From assembly GCA_022601445.1 (NCBI GenBank), contig JAJACP010000002.1, forward strand, positions 26 through 64,025: a DNA stretch of 64,000 bases, in the 5' to 3' direction. The translations under genes and the position numbers were made by a program. Shown in pieces: positions 8,486 through 17,005 of the stretch (its first letter is position 1; each line of letters starts with the position of its first letter). The notes below the pieces were generated by a model that worked only from the letters and a program-made list of their open reading frames with translations, did not search any database and was not told the origin of the DNA. Source of the stretch: Chlamydiales bacterium. GTDB taxonomy: Bacteria > Chlamydiota > Chlamydiia > Chlamydiales > JAAKFR01.

Positions 8486-9400
8486 TTAAAGGGCTTGCCA
8501 GGCGACTGTGCCGATCACAAGACCGGTGACGCAGACGGCATTAGCCCACCAGTTGACAGCCTCCTTATAAAAGACCTGAGCCCACAGGTTACAAAGTAAA
8601 ATCACACCAACAGAAAAAATGGGGAAAATCATGGCATTTTCCCACGATGAGGCAACCTGAGGAGCCAAAATCAAAAAGAACGTACACGCCCCATTTGTAA
8701 TGCCTCCTGCAATTCCATATCCAATTTCAGCCCCTTTAGGAAAGTGGTGCCGCTGCTTGATGTAAATCACCCACTGCATCGCGGCTCCTACAAAAATCAC
8801 TGCGGGCATAAACCACTGAATATGGCGCGCGTCGATGTGAAAGGGAAGCAAAAAGGAGGTGGGAAGCTCTGGCTTCAGCACCATCGCCCACCACTGAAGA
8901 AAGACCAAAAAGAGGGTGTGCAAGATGAAAATGAGTGTCGCAAAGAGCACCCAAATGGCTTTGTTAGCATTTTTTTCTGAGGTCCAGCCTGCCCACAAGA
9001 GGCCGACCACAACCAAAAGAGAACCGATTCCATTTGAAAAGGTGTAGGGATGGCCAAAGGCAACGCCAAAAAAGAGGGCCAAAACAATAGCCGGAGCCAC
9101 AGAGGAGGTGTTGAGAATGGCAAAAGTAAGCCCTGGAGGCCCTTTTTCAAGGGTTTTTCCAAGCCCCCACATCATGATTCCAAAGATGAGCCCTCCCACA
9201 AGCCCGATGGCAACAGGACCAAAGCTCCAAGCATAATCTCCTGTGCGAACTGGATTCAATACAATCATGACCAAAAAAGAGAAGGTAAGCTGGACAACCA
9301 GATAGGCTTTGCTTGAGCCGCCGGCATCTATACTTCGCCGCATACAAAAGTTGCTAATGGAGACGAGTATTGCTGCGATAAAGGCAAAGAAAATTCCCAT
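8486..9400 (-). CDS. polytopic membrane protein (about 10 TM; DMT/EamA-like transporter is a guess)
   Basis: 304 aa, almost entirely hydrophobic helices, two-halves organisation. No diagnostic motif recognised. Confidence 0.5.
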   Translation of the reverse strand: MGIFFAFIAAILVSISNFCMRRSIDAGGSSKAYLVVQLTFSFLVMIVLNPVRTGDYAWSFGPVAIGLVGGLIFGIMMWGLGKTLEKGPPGLTFAILNTSSVAPAIVLALFFGVAFGHPYTFSNGIGSLLVVVGLLWAGWTSEKNANKAIWVLFATLIFILHTLFLVFLQWWAMVLKPELPTSFLLPFHIDARHIQWFMPAVIFVGAAMQWVIYIKQRHHFPKGAEIGYGIAGGITNGACTFFLILAPQVASSWENAMIFPIFSVGVILLCNLWAQVFYKEAVNWWANAVCVTGLVIGTVAWQAL

Positions 9401-9436
9401 GATGACCTCTTGTCTGAAAAGTAAAATAAGAGTCTA

Positions 9437-11902
9437 ATGAATGATCACAAAGCTTGGAAGCACTTCATTGTGAAAATAACATTTTTTGCTCTTCTACTTC
9501 TCTGCCAGGCAGCTTTTGCCTACCCTCCTCTCCCAGAAGCGCGGACAGAAACCGAGGCTCTTTTTGTCCGTAGAATCATCGATTTCTGGCGCGATAAGGA
9601 GTATTCCTTTGTCAAAAGCCAGATTAGCGCCTATCTAAGTGAATATCCTGGCAACCCTTTCACTGAGCATTTCTACGCCATGCTAGGCGATGTCGCGCTC
9701 CACGAAAAAGAGTACGGCGCCGCTCTTAATGCCTATGAACGCTTAACAGAAACAGCCCTCAAAGAGCATGTTCGGACCAAACGGTGGCAAGCTCTTTATC
9801 AACTGCAACGCTATAGCCAGCTCTATGAAGAGCTCAAGCCACTCTCATTAAAAGGAATCGAGGAAACATTTTATTTTGCTGAAGCACTGTCTCACTTAGG
9901 CTTTGGAGAAGAGGCTCTGCCGCTCTATAAGTCGCTTCTTTTTAGCAAACCCTTTGGAGCGCACGCCAAACTGGCCATGGCTGAAATCTACCGCCAACAG
10001 GGCAAACTTGAGAGCGCTGCTGAATTATACTTAGAAATTGCTGAACAGCATGAGGAGAGTGACGAAATTCTATTTCATGCTGCTGTAATGCTCATTCCCA
10101 GTGATCAAGAACAGGCTCAGGCACTGTTTAAGGCTCTTGCTAGAGGTAGATCGCGGCGCGCAGGCGATGCTGCCTACCAATGGATGCAACTACTAGCCAA
10201 TCGGGGGGCATGGGAATCGATCCAAAACCAACGCGCGCTTTGGCTCACTAAAATTCCGGAAGCCCACCTCGCAACAGCCTATTACTATCTTGGTATGATT
10301 GCTTATGAACAAAAGCAGCCTGCACAAGCCGCAACGGATCTCCAAAAATCTATATCAAACGGAATCCACTCTCCTCACGATCAAACAGCTCTAGAGACGC
10401 TTTTGAGCTGCGCTGATCAATTGAGCGATCTCGATTTATGCGAATCTAGTTACACACTTTTGATCAAACGGTACCCAGAGCAAAAATCTGAGGCAAGCAT
10501 GGTGCGCGCAGCAGTCTACCAACATGCTGGTAAAATAGAACATGTGCTTACATTGTTGGAAGAGTTAGTGCAACAAGGCGACTCCCATCCCATCAGAGAG
10601 CTGGCCGGACTGCAGAGAATACATCTTCTGATTGAAATGCAAAAATGGGAAAAAGCTCACCAGGCAATACACGGTTTTATGCACTTCCATCCTCGTTCTG
10701 TGCGCAAAACAGAACTTCTTCGACTGGCCGTTGATCTCTCTCAGACAATGGCCAACGAAAATCTGCTCGCTCAAGACTTAGAACAGGCGCTCTCTGCACG
10801 TGTGTATGAAGGGGAAGCGTATATTGAAAAGCAGGAGCTACTCGCAAAAGCCTATCTCAAACTCAATCATGTACACGCAGCTTTGGGAATCTTGCATGAG
10901 ATGGACACGCCCGATCCTCTTTTGTTTACACAGTGCTATATCAAAGAGGGTCACTCTCCTAACAAAGTTGTGCGTTTTGGAGAAAAGGCTCTAAAACAGT
11001 ACCCTGAACACGATCGTCTTCATCTCCATCTCTTCAATGCTTACCTACAACTCTCCGATCAAAACTCTGATCAAGAGATGACTCGGTTAGCTGCTGAACA
11101 TCTAGATTCTGTGATCGATATTTACCCCGTTTCACTTGAAAACAGGCTGTGGCTTGCCCATTACTTTGCCAAACAGCAAAACAAACGAGCGATTCACCTT
11201 CTAGAAACTCTTTTGCTTACAGATACAAATTGGAAACGTTTTGACAAAGAGGGGATCTTGCTTGCGCGCCTTTATCAAGCGAATGGAGACTTCTCCAAAG
11301 CGATTGCCGTGTCTGAAAAAGTGCGCGAACTAGAGCAACAGACAAAAGCAGAAGCACAACTGATTCTTGGGGATATCTACCGCGAAATGGGAAACAATCG
11401 CAGAGCTGAAAGCCTCCTTAATCCTCTTGAACGCTCTACTTTTTTACCCATTGCCCAAGCAGCAAGCCTAAATCTGGCACGCCTTCACTTTTTTCAAGAG
11501 CCGGAAAAGAGCTTGAAGAGGCTATCTGAGATTAAAATGCGTAGATCACTTGCCAGTGAGCCGATCCATTTGGAGGCAGCCCTTGACCACGCTGAGCTGC
11601 AGACTCTCTTTGTACCAGAAGCCAAGCGGAAAGAGGCTCTTCTTGTCGCCCTGCTCGAGGTAAAAGAGGAATTTACCAGTTGTCACGACATCTGCTCGAA
11701 GGATTACCATGAGAGTCGCCAATTGATGCCGGAAAAAGAGAGAATCTACCAAGCCTATATGCACTATCTCAATGCGTGCATCTATCAACTCCAGGGGCAA
11801 ACAACAGAAGCACACGTTCTTTTTTCCTTGCTTTGCCAGGGAGAGAATGCTGTGAGTCGGTATATTGTAGAACGCGCGACAACGAGATTGTATGATGAGT
11901 AG
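9437..11902 (+). CDS. secreted/periplasmic TPR-repeat protein
   Basis: Signal-like N-terminus FFALLLLCQAAFAYPP. Multiple TPR-like units (e.g. YYYLGMIAYEQKQPAQAATDLQKSI; AQLILGDIYREMGNNRRAESLLNPL). Confidence 0.7.
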   Translation: MNDHKAWKHFIVKITFFALLLLCQAAFAYPPLPEARTETEALFVRRIIDFWRDKEYSFVKSQISAYLSEYPGNPFTEHFYAMLGDVALHEKEYGAALNAYERLTETALKEHVRTKRWQALYQLQRYSQLYEELKPLSLKGIEETFYFAEALSHLGFGEEALPLYKSLLFSKPFGAHAKLAMAEIYRQQGKLESAAELYLEIAEQHEESDEILFHAAVMLIPSDQEQAQALFKALARGRSRRAGDAAYQWMQLLANRGAWESIQNQRALWLTKIPEAHLATAYYYLGMIAYEQKQPAQAATDLQKSISNGIHSPHDQTALETLLSCADQLSDLDLCESSYTLLIKRYPEQKSEASMVRAAVYQHAGKIEHVLTLLEELVQQGDSHPIRELAGLQRIHLLIEMQKWEKAHQAIHGFMHFHPRSVRKTELLRLAVDLSQTMANENLLAQDLEQALSARVYEGEAYIEKQELLAKAYLKLNHVHAALGILHEMDTPDPLLFTQCYIKEGHSPNKVVRFGEKALKQYPEHDRLHLHLFNAYLQLSDQNSDQEMTRLAAEHLDSVIDIYPVSLENRLWLAHYFAKQQNKRAIHLLETLLLTDTNWKRFDKEGILLARLYQANGDFSKAIAVSEKVRELEQQTKAEAQLILGDIYREMGNNRRAESLLNPLERSTFLPIAQAASLNLARLHFFQEPEKSLKRLSEIKMRRSLASEPIHLEAALDHAELQTLFVPEAKRKEALLVALLEVKEEFTSCHDICSKDYHESRQLMPEKERIYQAYMHYLNACIYQLQGQTTEAHVLFSLLCQGENAVSRYIVERATTRLYDE

Positions 11903-13406
11903 ACGGCTTTTACTTTTTTGGGCAATTATGGTGGGAATGAGCGCACATGCTGCAGTTCTCTTGGCTCTACATCGATTCCCCTTAAAAATACACTCCCCCG
12001 GCTACCGCAATGCAAACCGAATCGGACAAACCGCAAGCGCCTTTTTAGCGCGTCAAAGGCGAACTGAGCTCATTGCGGAGGTGTTCGACCATCTGCAAAA
12101 AGCAGAGCCTGAGCTCAAGCAGCAGCTCCATGAACTCCGAGCTGAATATGCTCCTTCTCTGGAGATGACACTAGCCAATAAAACCTCTTTAGAATTGAAT
12201 GTCGAGCTCTTTTCATTTGAATCAAATCTCTCTTCCACCCTCTCTGAAAAGAATACTCTTGAGCCCGGAAATCGATTCATTTCTCCCCTACCGCTTGTCA
12301 CAACTGTAGAAGCTCCACCTCTGGTCGAATTGGAGTACGAAGATGACCCCTATACAAGCTTTGGAACCCTTGCCAGCAGCGAACACTTTGATATTGATGT
12401 TGAATACGCTCCCAAGCGCAATCGACCTGGCTACGTCTTCCAAGTCACCTTTCATCCTAGATCCGATGTTGTGTTTAAACGGATTCGGCAAAATGTCTTC
12501 TTTTTAATCGATCGCTCCAACTCGATCTCTCGCCCTCGCTACCATCTCAATAAACGGGCTGTTTCAGAGGCTCTTGACCACTTAAAAATGGGAGATACGT
12601 TCAATATCCTGGTTTTCGATCATCATGTGATACGTGCAGCTCCGGAGCCACTCCCTTGGAATGAAGAGAGCGTGAGTGTAGCCCGCTCCTTTTTAGAGAG
12701 GCAGGGACACGGAGGACACTTTGCTGCAACCGATCTTTACGCCTCCTTGGGCAAGATTATCCCCCATAATGTTTCCGACCATGAAGTGAATACTGCCATT
12801 CTTCTTTCTGATGGTGATACCTACCTCTCCCGCGAAAAGCAGCGGCAGCTGATTGGGAGATGGGCGAAGCGGAACGAAGGAAAAGTCGCTCTTTACAGTC
12901 TTGCTACAGGAACAGGCAATAACCTCCCCCTTTTAGACTTAATGAGCTCATTCAATCAGGGACAACTGATTTACTCTCATGACCACAGAGACCTTAAATC
13001 TCTTATTACTAATCTATTGAAAACCATTCAAACCCCCATTGGCAAAGAAATGGTCGCCACACCGATTGTTGCAGATAAGCAAACCGTGGTTCTTTTACAG
13101 CCGACAGCAGTCCGCTTGCAGGATCTGTATCAGGGGCGTCCCTTTGTAGTGTATGGCTCCGCCAACCGTCTTTCTGATTTTGTTTTGTTTTTACAGGGCA
13201 AGTACTATGACCGCCGTTTTGACATTAAAAAGAAGATCACCTTCAAAAACGCTCTGCTCGGCTCGTTTTCTATTGAGAGGAAGTGGACAGAGCTTTTAGC
13301 GCATGAGTTTTACGCTCGTTACTTGGAAGATGGCAATCTGGGTCACTTAGAGACAGCTAAACAGCTGCTTGCTCCGCTGAAAATCTCGACTCCGTGGGTT
13401 GACTAA
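11892..13406 (+). CDS. membrane-anchored von Willebrand factor A (vWA) domain protein
   Basis: N-terminal TM LLLFWAIMVGMSAHAAVLLAL. MIDAS-type DxSxS in VFFLIDRSNSIS, and ILLSDGDT. Overlaps the upstream TPR gene by 11 nt. Confidence 0.75.
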   Translation: MMSRRLLLFWAIMVGMSAHAAVLLALHRFPLKIHSPGYRNANRIGQTASAFLARQRRTELIAEVFDHLQKAEPELKQQLHELRAEYAPSLEMTLANKTSLELNVELFSFESNLSSTLSEKNTLEPGNRFISPLPLVTTVEAPPLVELEYEDDPYTSFGTLASSEHFDIDVEYAPKRNRPGYVFQVTFHPRSDVVFKRIRQNVFFLIDRSNSISRPRYHLNKRAVSEALDHLKMGDTFNILVFDHHVIRAAPEPLPWNEESVSVARSFLERQGHGGHFAATDLYASLGKIIPHNVSDHEVNTAILLSDGDTYLSREKQRQLIGRWAKRNEGKVALYSLATGTGNNLPLLDLMSSFNQGQLIYSHDHRDLKSLITNLLKTIQTPIGKEMVATPIVADKQTVVLLQPTAVRLQDLYQGRPFVVYGSANRLSDFVLFLQGKYYDRRFDIKKKITFKNALLGSFSIERKWTELLAHEFYARYLEDGNLGHLETAKQLLAPLKISTPWVD

Positions 13407-13945
13407 TGTTGCACATCATTGGAGGGAAGCACAAAAAAAGGAAGCTCATTGTACCTAAATCGACAGCTGTGCGCCCTACTGCCTCGCAGCTACGTGAGGC
13501 TCTTTTCAATATCTGCCAGTTTTCCATTGAAGGGGCATGCTTTTTGGATCTTTTTGCCGGATCGGGAGCCATGGGGTTAGAGGCGTTAAGCCGAGGAGCG
13601 CGTGAGGTCACCTTTGTTGAAAAAGGGCGGCCTGCCCTAGCCGCTCTCAAGAAAAACATCGCTGCACTCAAAGAAGAGACGCACTCCACCATTTTGGTGG
13701 GTGATGTGCTGACCGTTCCCCTAAAAGGCTCTTTTGACATTATTTATGCCGACCCACCCTACGGGAGGGGATTGGGCGCTGCGCTTCTCAAGCGGCTCGA
13801 TTCACTCCCTATCCTCACTAAAGAAGGCACTCTCTATATTGAAGACGAAGAGATCGAAGAACTTGAGCTACAAAACCTCGAACTAAGAAGAACGCGAGCA
13901 TTTGGCAGAGCCACTCTCTTTGAGTATGGCCTACTTAAACGTTAA
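13406..13945 (+). CDS. rsmD: 16S rRNA (guanine966-N2)-methyltransferase RsmD
   Basis: RPTASQLREALFNI, SAM motif DLFAGSGAMGLEALSRGA, catalytic ADPPY. ATG overlaps the upstream TAA (TAATG). Confidence 0.85.
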   Translation: MLHIIGGKHKKRKLIVPKSTAVRPTASQLREALFNICQFSIEGACFLDLFAGSGAMGLEALSRGAREVTFVEKGRPALAALKKNIAALKEETHSTILVGDVLTVPLKGSFDIIYADPPYGRGLGAALLKRLDSLPILTKEGTLYIEDEEIEELELQNLELRRTRAFGRATLFEYGLLKR

Positions 13946-14220
13946 CTTTCGTCTATGATCTCATGAGCCTTATCTTTAGCTTGCTGATGAATATCAGTCG
14001 CCTTTTTTTCTACTTGTTCTTTTTTATTCTGGAAGGTCTCTTTTCCTTCTTCTAATTGATCCTGAGCGCTTTGCTTTAAGTCATCCATTTGCTTACCGAC
14101 TTTTTTACCTTGGCTTTCGTGCTTGCCTGAACAAGCAGGTAAACTCAATGCTATCATCCCAAGAGCAAGCGCTGTTAATAGTGAAATTCTCATCCGTGAA
14201 ATCCCTTTTGTGATTTTCAA
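13942..14220 (-). CDS. small K/E/Q-rich lipoprotein
   Basis: Signal peptide plus lipobox (LALGMIALSLPAC), then a charged helical tail. The start could instead be ATG 14193. Confidence 0.6.
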   Translation of the reverse strand: MKITKGISRMRISLLTALALGMIALSLPACSGKHESQGKKVGKQMDDLKQSAQDQLEEGKETFQNKKEQVEKKATDIHQQAKDKAHEIIDES

Positions 14221-14339
14221 TGCAAATTCCTCTTACTTATAGAACATGTAAGAAAGCGAATCAAGCCTCATTATAATGAGCTTTACATTTTTTTTGTTTT
14301 TTTCAATAATCCGTCATCGTTCTAAAAGGGAGGCCGAAT

Positions 14340-14978
14340 ATGCACACAACTGGGAAACAACTTTTTTGCGGACTCATAATGCTCGCACTGACAACTTGCT
14401 TTGGCCACAGCCAGGTATATGGTAGCGATCACTCATCATATAGCAAGTGTAATGGAATCTACATACGCGGCTTTGGGGGATTAAATAGTGCTCAAAGACC
14501 AAAATGGAATGGTGCCAAGTACAGCACAAGCAATGGGTATGTAGTGGGAGCAGCTTTAGGCTATCAGCTCACTTGTCTAGCGCTAGAGGGCGAGTTTTCT
14601 TATCGACATAACACAGTCAATCAGCTCAAGGTAGATCTGCTAGATATCAACATTTCTGGTGATGTACAGCAGTTTTGTGGTTTTGGAAATCTTTTGGTCA
14701 ATATTCCTATCGTATATTGCCTAGCCCCCTATGCAGGCGCAGGTGTTGGCTATAGACACATCAAACCTGGAGTCAATTTTGATGAAGGCTCTGATACTTC
14801 CTTCCGTAACTTTGTTGACTCCGCAGATGAGTGGGGTGTGTATCAACTAATTGGTGGCCTTCATTTTGCAGCCTCTCGGTTGATGGGATTGCAGCTCGAG
14901 TACCGTTATGTTGATGGATGGTCTAATACTAGGTGCCGCAACCATACAGTTGATCTAGGTATTTCTGTGCACTTTTAA
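14340..14978 (+). CDS. outer-membrane beta-barrel protein (OmpA-like/opacity-type small barrel)
   Basis: GGGAGG RBS. Signal peptide. Alternating-hydrophobicity strands with G/Y-rich turns. C-terminal ..VDLGISVHF ends in Phe. Confidence 0.65.
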   Translation: MHTTGKQLFCGLIMLALTTCFGHSQVYGSDHSSYSKCNGIYIRGFGGLNSAQRPKWNGAKYSTSNGYVVGAALGYQLTCLALEGEFSYRHNTVNQLKVDLLDINISGDVQQFCGFGNLLVNIPIVYCLAPYAGAGVGYRHIKPGVNFDEGSDTSFRNFVDSADEWGVYQLIGGLHFAASRLMGLQLEYRYVDGWSNTRCRNHTVDLGISVHF

Positions 14979-15061
14979 ACGTTGATCCCAAGCCACACAC
15001 CCTGATGCCATTAAACCTCGACTATTCCGAAGTAGGGTTCGAAATAGTCGAATCAACGGAG

Positions 15062-15244
15062 CTATGAACCTATCCCAAAAGTAGGCGTGAGATAGACCGT
15101 ATTAGATTGTCGATGAACCTCGTAAAGCGAAAGCAGAACCGCGAGGAAGGTAATATTGGAAATATATAGCCGACGAGCGGTTTTTCGAGGATCGCGACAA
15201 GATGATACGGGATATCCGCGGATACTTTTGGGATAGGTTCATAG
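15062..15244. repeat. 183-bp element bounded by a perfect 22-bp inverted repeat (MITE-like or structured RNA)
   Basis: CTATGAACCTATCCCAAAAGTA at 15062-15083 is the exact reverse complement of 15223-15244; the interior is 139 nt. It lies in a 470-bp gap between convergent genes. Confidence 0.85.
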
Positions 15245-15449
15245 TAGCACAAGCTGGCAAGCTGGTCGAGAGAAGCGGTAAAACCGAAACTCCAATAAGC
15301 AACAAGGAACACCCTGATTTTAACCAATAAAATGGCTAAAATTACCCCCCTAAAATAGCCAAACCAATGGCCATTTTAATCTATAGCAGAACAAAATAGG
15401 CAAAGATTGCATGCCCGTGCCATGGTAGATTTAGGCATATACTAGCTTC

Positions 15450-16943
15450 CTAATCAGCAGAGGCTTCAGTAGCAAGGGTGTAGGGAGCTTTGGTGCGAGA
15501 GAGGATGCTGCTAGTAACCAAAACAAGCGCTAACCACGACCACCGTACCAACTCAGCCATGCCAAAGCCAATCTGAATCTCTTGATACAGCGCGCCAAGC
15601 AAGCTGATCGAAAGAAGGGGTAAAACCACAAACTTCAACGAGTAATACGGAAGCGAACGACGTGTGCCAGAAAACCAGATTGACTCACTTCCAATGACTT
15701 TGGAAAACATCAGAAAGATCACAATCTCACAAATGCCCCCCAAAAGCATCGCATTTCCCAAAACCATCGGCGCCATCGCTCCAATCATATGCTGCCCATT
15801 TCCAAAACAAAATGGAAACGCACACGCTGTGACAAGAGCCATTGCCAAACCAACCGCTCCTTTGCGGCTTTTGTTAAACTCGATCTCAAAATTACCCGCT
15901 ACACTCTCTACAATAGAGAAGACACCTGTAATTCCAGCAATAAAGACACAGAAAAAGAATAGCGGCCCCACAATGCGCGCCACTACATCGCCAAACTGCT
16001 GCAAGATCATCGGGAAAATTACAAAGCCAATCTCAAAAGCTGAATCTGTAGTGACAAGATCGGAAAAAGCAACGCCGCTCGAGCTGCTCATAAAGCCGAT
16101 ACATCCAAAAATAGCCAATCCAGCAATGAAGGAAATTAAAAAGTCTCCTAGAGCCACTTTGGCCATTGCCCGTGGAATGCTGAAGCTCTCTGGATTATGA
16201 CGTGCATAGCCCGTCACAATCCCTAAGCCCAATGATAAGCTAAAAAAGACCTGACCAAATACATCACGCCAAAGCGTCCAGCTTGCAAGCCGTGAAAAGT
16301 CGGGTACCAAGTACTGTCTTACCCCTTCCAAAGAGCCGGGTAAAAAGAAGGTGGCGATACTGAAAAGCACCACAATCACCGCCAGCATAGGAAGAAAAAC
16401 AGAGCAGAGCTTCTCAATCCCAGAACGAATATTACGTGCCAAAACAGCCCACGCAAACGCGGCAACAACAAGTGTTGAGATCAAAACACCGACAGCCAGC
16501 CCCCCAAATTGAGTTAAGCTTCCCGAGTCATTTAAAAACGTATCTTTGAAAAAATGTGTCGTGTCGGCAGAAATCGTTCCGCTAGCAGCAAAATAGGTGT
16601 AGGCAACCGAAAAACCGGTTAACACCATATAAAACCCACCGATAGTCGCGCACGTTAAAACGGCCAACCAGCCAACCATTTTTCCCTTCGAACCAGCCGC
16701 ATTTCCCATCGCGGATACAATTGGTAACTTTGTGCGCTGCCCAACAATTCCTTCCAGAAAGAGCAGCGGAAGTCCAATTAATAGATGCGCAATGACATAG
16801 GGAATAAGAAAAGCCCCTCCCCCATTTTTGTAACAAAGTGCACTAAAACTTAAAACATTGGCAAATCCAACCGCCGAGCCAATCATCGACCAGATATAAC
16901 CGGTCTCCTTGCTCCAGGTATCCTGCTTTCCAAGCTCGCTCAT
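15450..16943 (-). CDS. sodium-dependent transporter, neurotransmitter:sodium symporter (NSS/SNF) family
   Basis: N-terminal family signature WSMIGSAVGFANVLSFSALCYKNGGGAFLIPYVIAHLLIGLPLLFLEGIVGQ. About 12 TM. Confidence 0.85.
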   Translation of the reverse strand: MSELGKQDTWSKETGYIWSMIGSAVGFANVLSFSALCYKNGGGAFLIPYVIAHLLIGLPLLFLEGIVGQRTKLPIVSAMGNAAGSKGKMVGWLAVLTCATIGGFYMVLTGFSVAYTYFAASGTISADTTHFFKDTFLNDSGSLTQFGGLAVGVLISTLVVAAFAWAVLARNIRSGIEKLCSVFLPMLAVIVVLFSIATFFLPGSLEGVRQYLVPDFSRLASWTLWRDVFGQVFFSLSLGLGIVTGYARHNPESFSIPRAMAKVALGDFLISFIAGLAIFGCIGFMSSSSGVAFSDLVTTDSAFEIGFVIFPMILQQFGDVVARIVGPLFFFCVFIAGITGVFSIVESVAGNFEIEFNKSRKGAVGLAMALVTACAFPFCFGNGQHMIGAMAPMVLGNAMLLGGICEIVIFLMFSKVIGSESIWFSGTRRSLPYYSLKFVVLPLLSISLLGALYQEIQIGFGMAELVRWSWLALVLVTSSILSRTKAPYTLATEASAD

Positions 16944-16976
16944 CTTATAGACCTAAATTCAAAAAAGTTAACAAGC

Positions 16977-16985
16977 ATTATACCA
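16977..16985 (-). promoter_or_regulatory. candidate extended -10 promoter (TGGTATAAT) for the NSS transporter gene
   Basis: The minus strand reads TGGTATAAT, ending 34 nt upstream of ATG 16943. No experimental support. Confidence 0.35.
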
Positions 16986-17005
16986 TATTAGAGGCTTTTT
17001 TAAGG

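Noticed and set aside
8230-8529. Track ORFs 8230..8430 (-) and 8335..8529 (+).
   Set aside because: They lie entirely within or across the tandem hairpin repeat and the 3' end of the neighbouring gene. Their sequences are repeat-derived, and they have no RBS.
15031-15051. A tRNA-like T-arm (GGGTTCGAAAT).
   Set aside because: No acceptor stem, D-arm or anticodon arm can be built around it. It is simply the loop of the 9-bp hairpin.
15070-15327. Two overlapping minus-strand ORFs (85 and 67 aa).
   Set aside because: They span the inverted-repeat element. They have no RBS, they overlap each other in different frames, and their composition looks non-protein-like.
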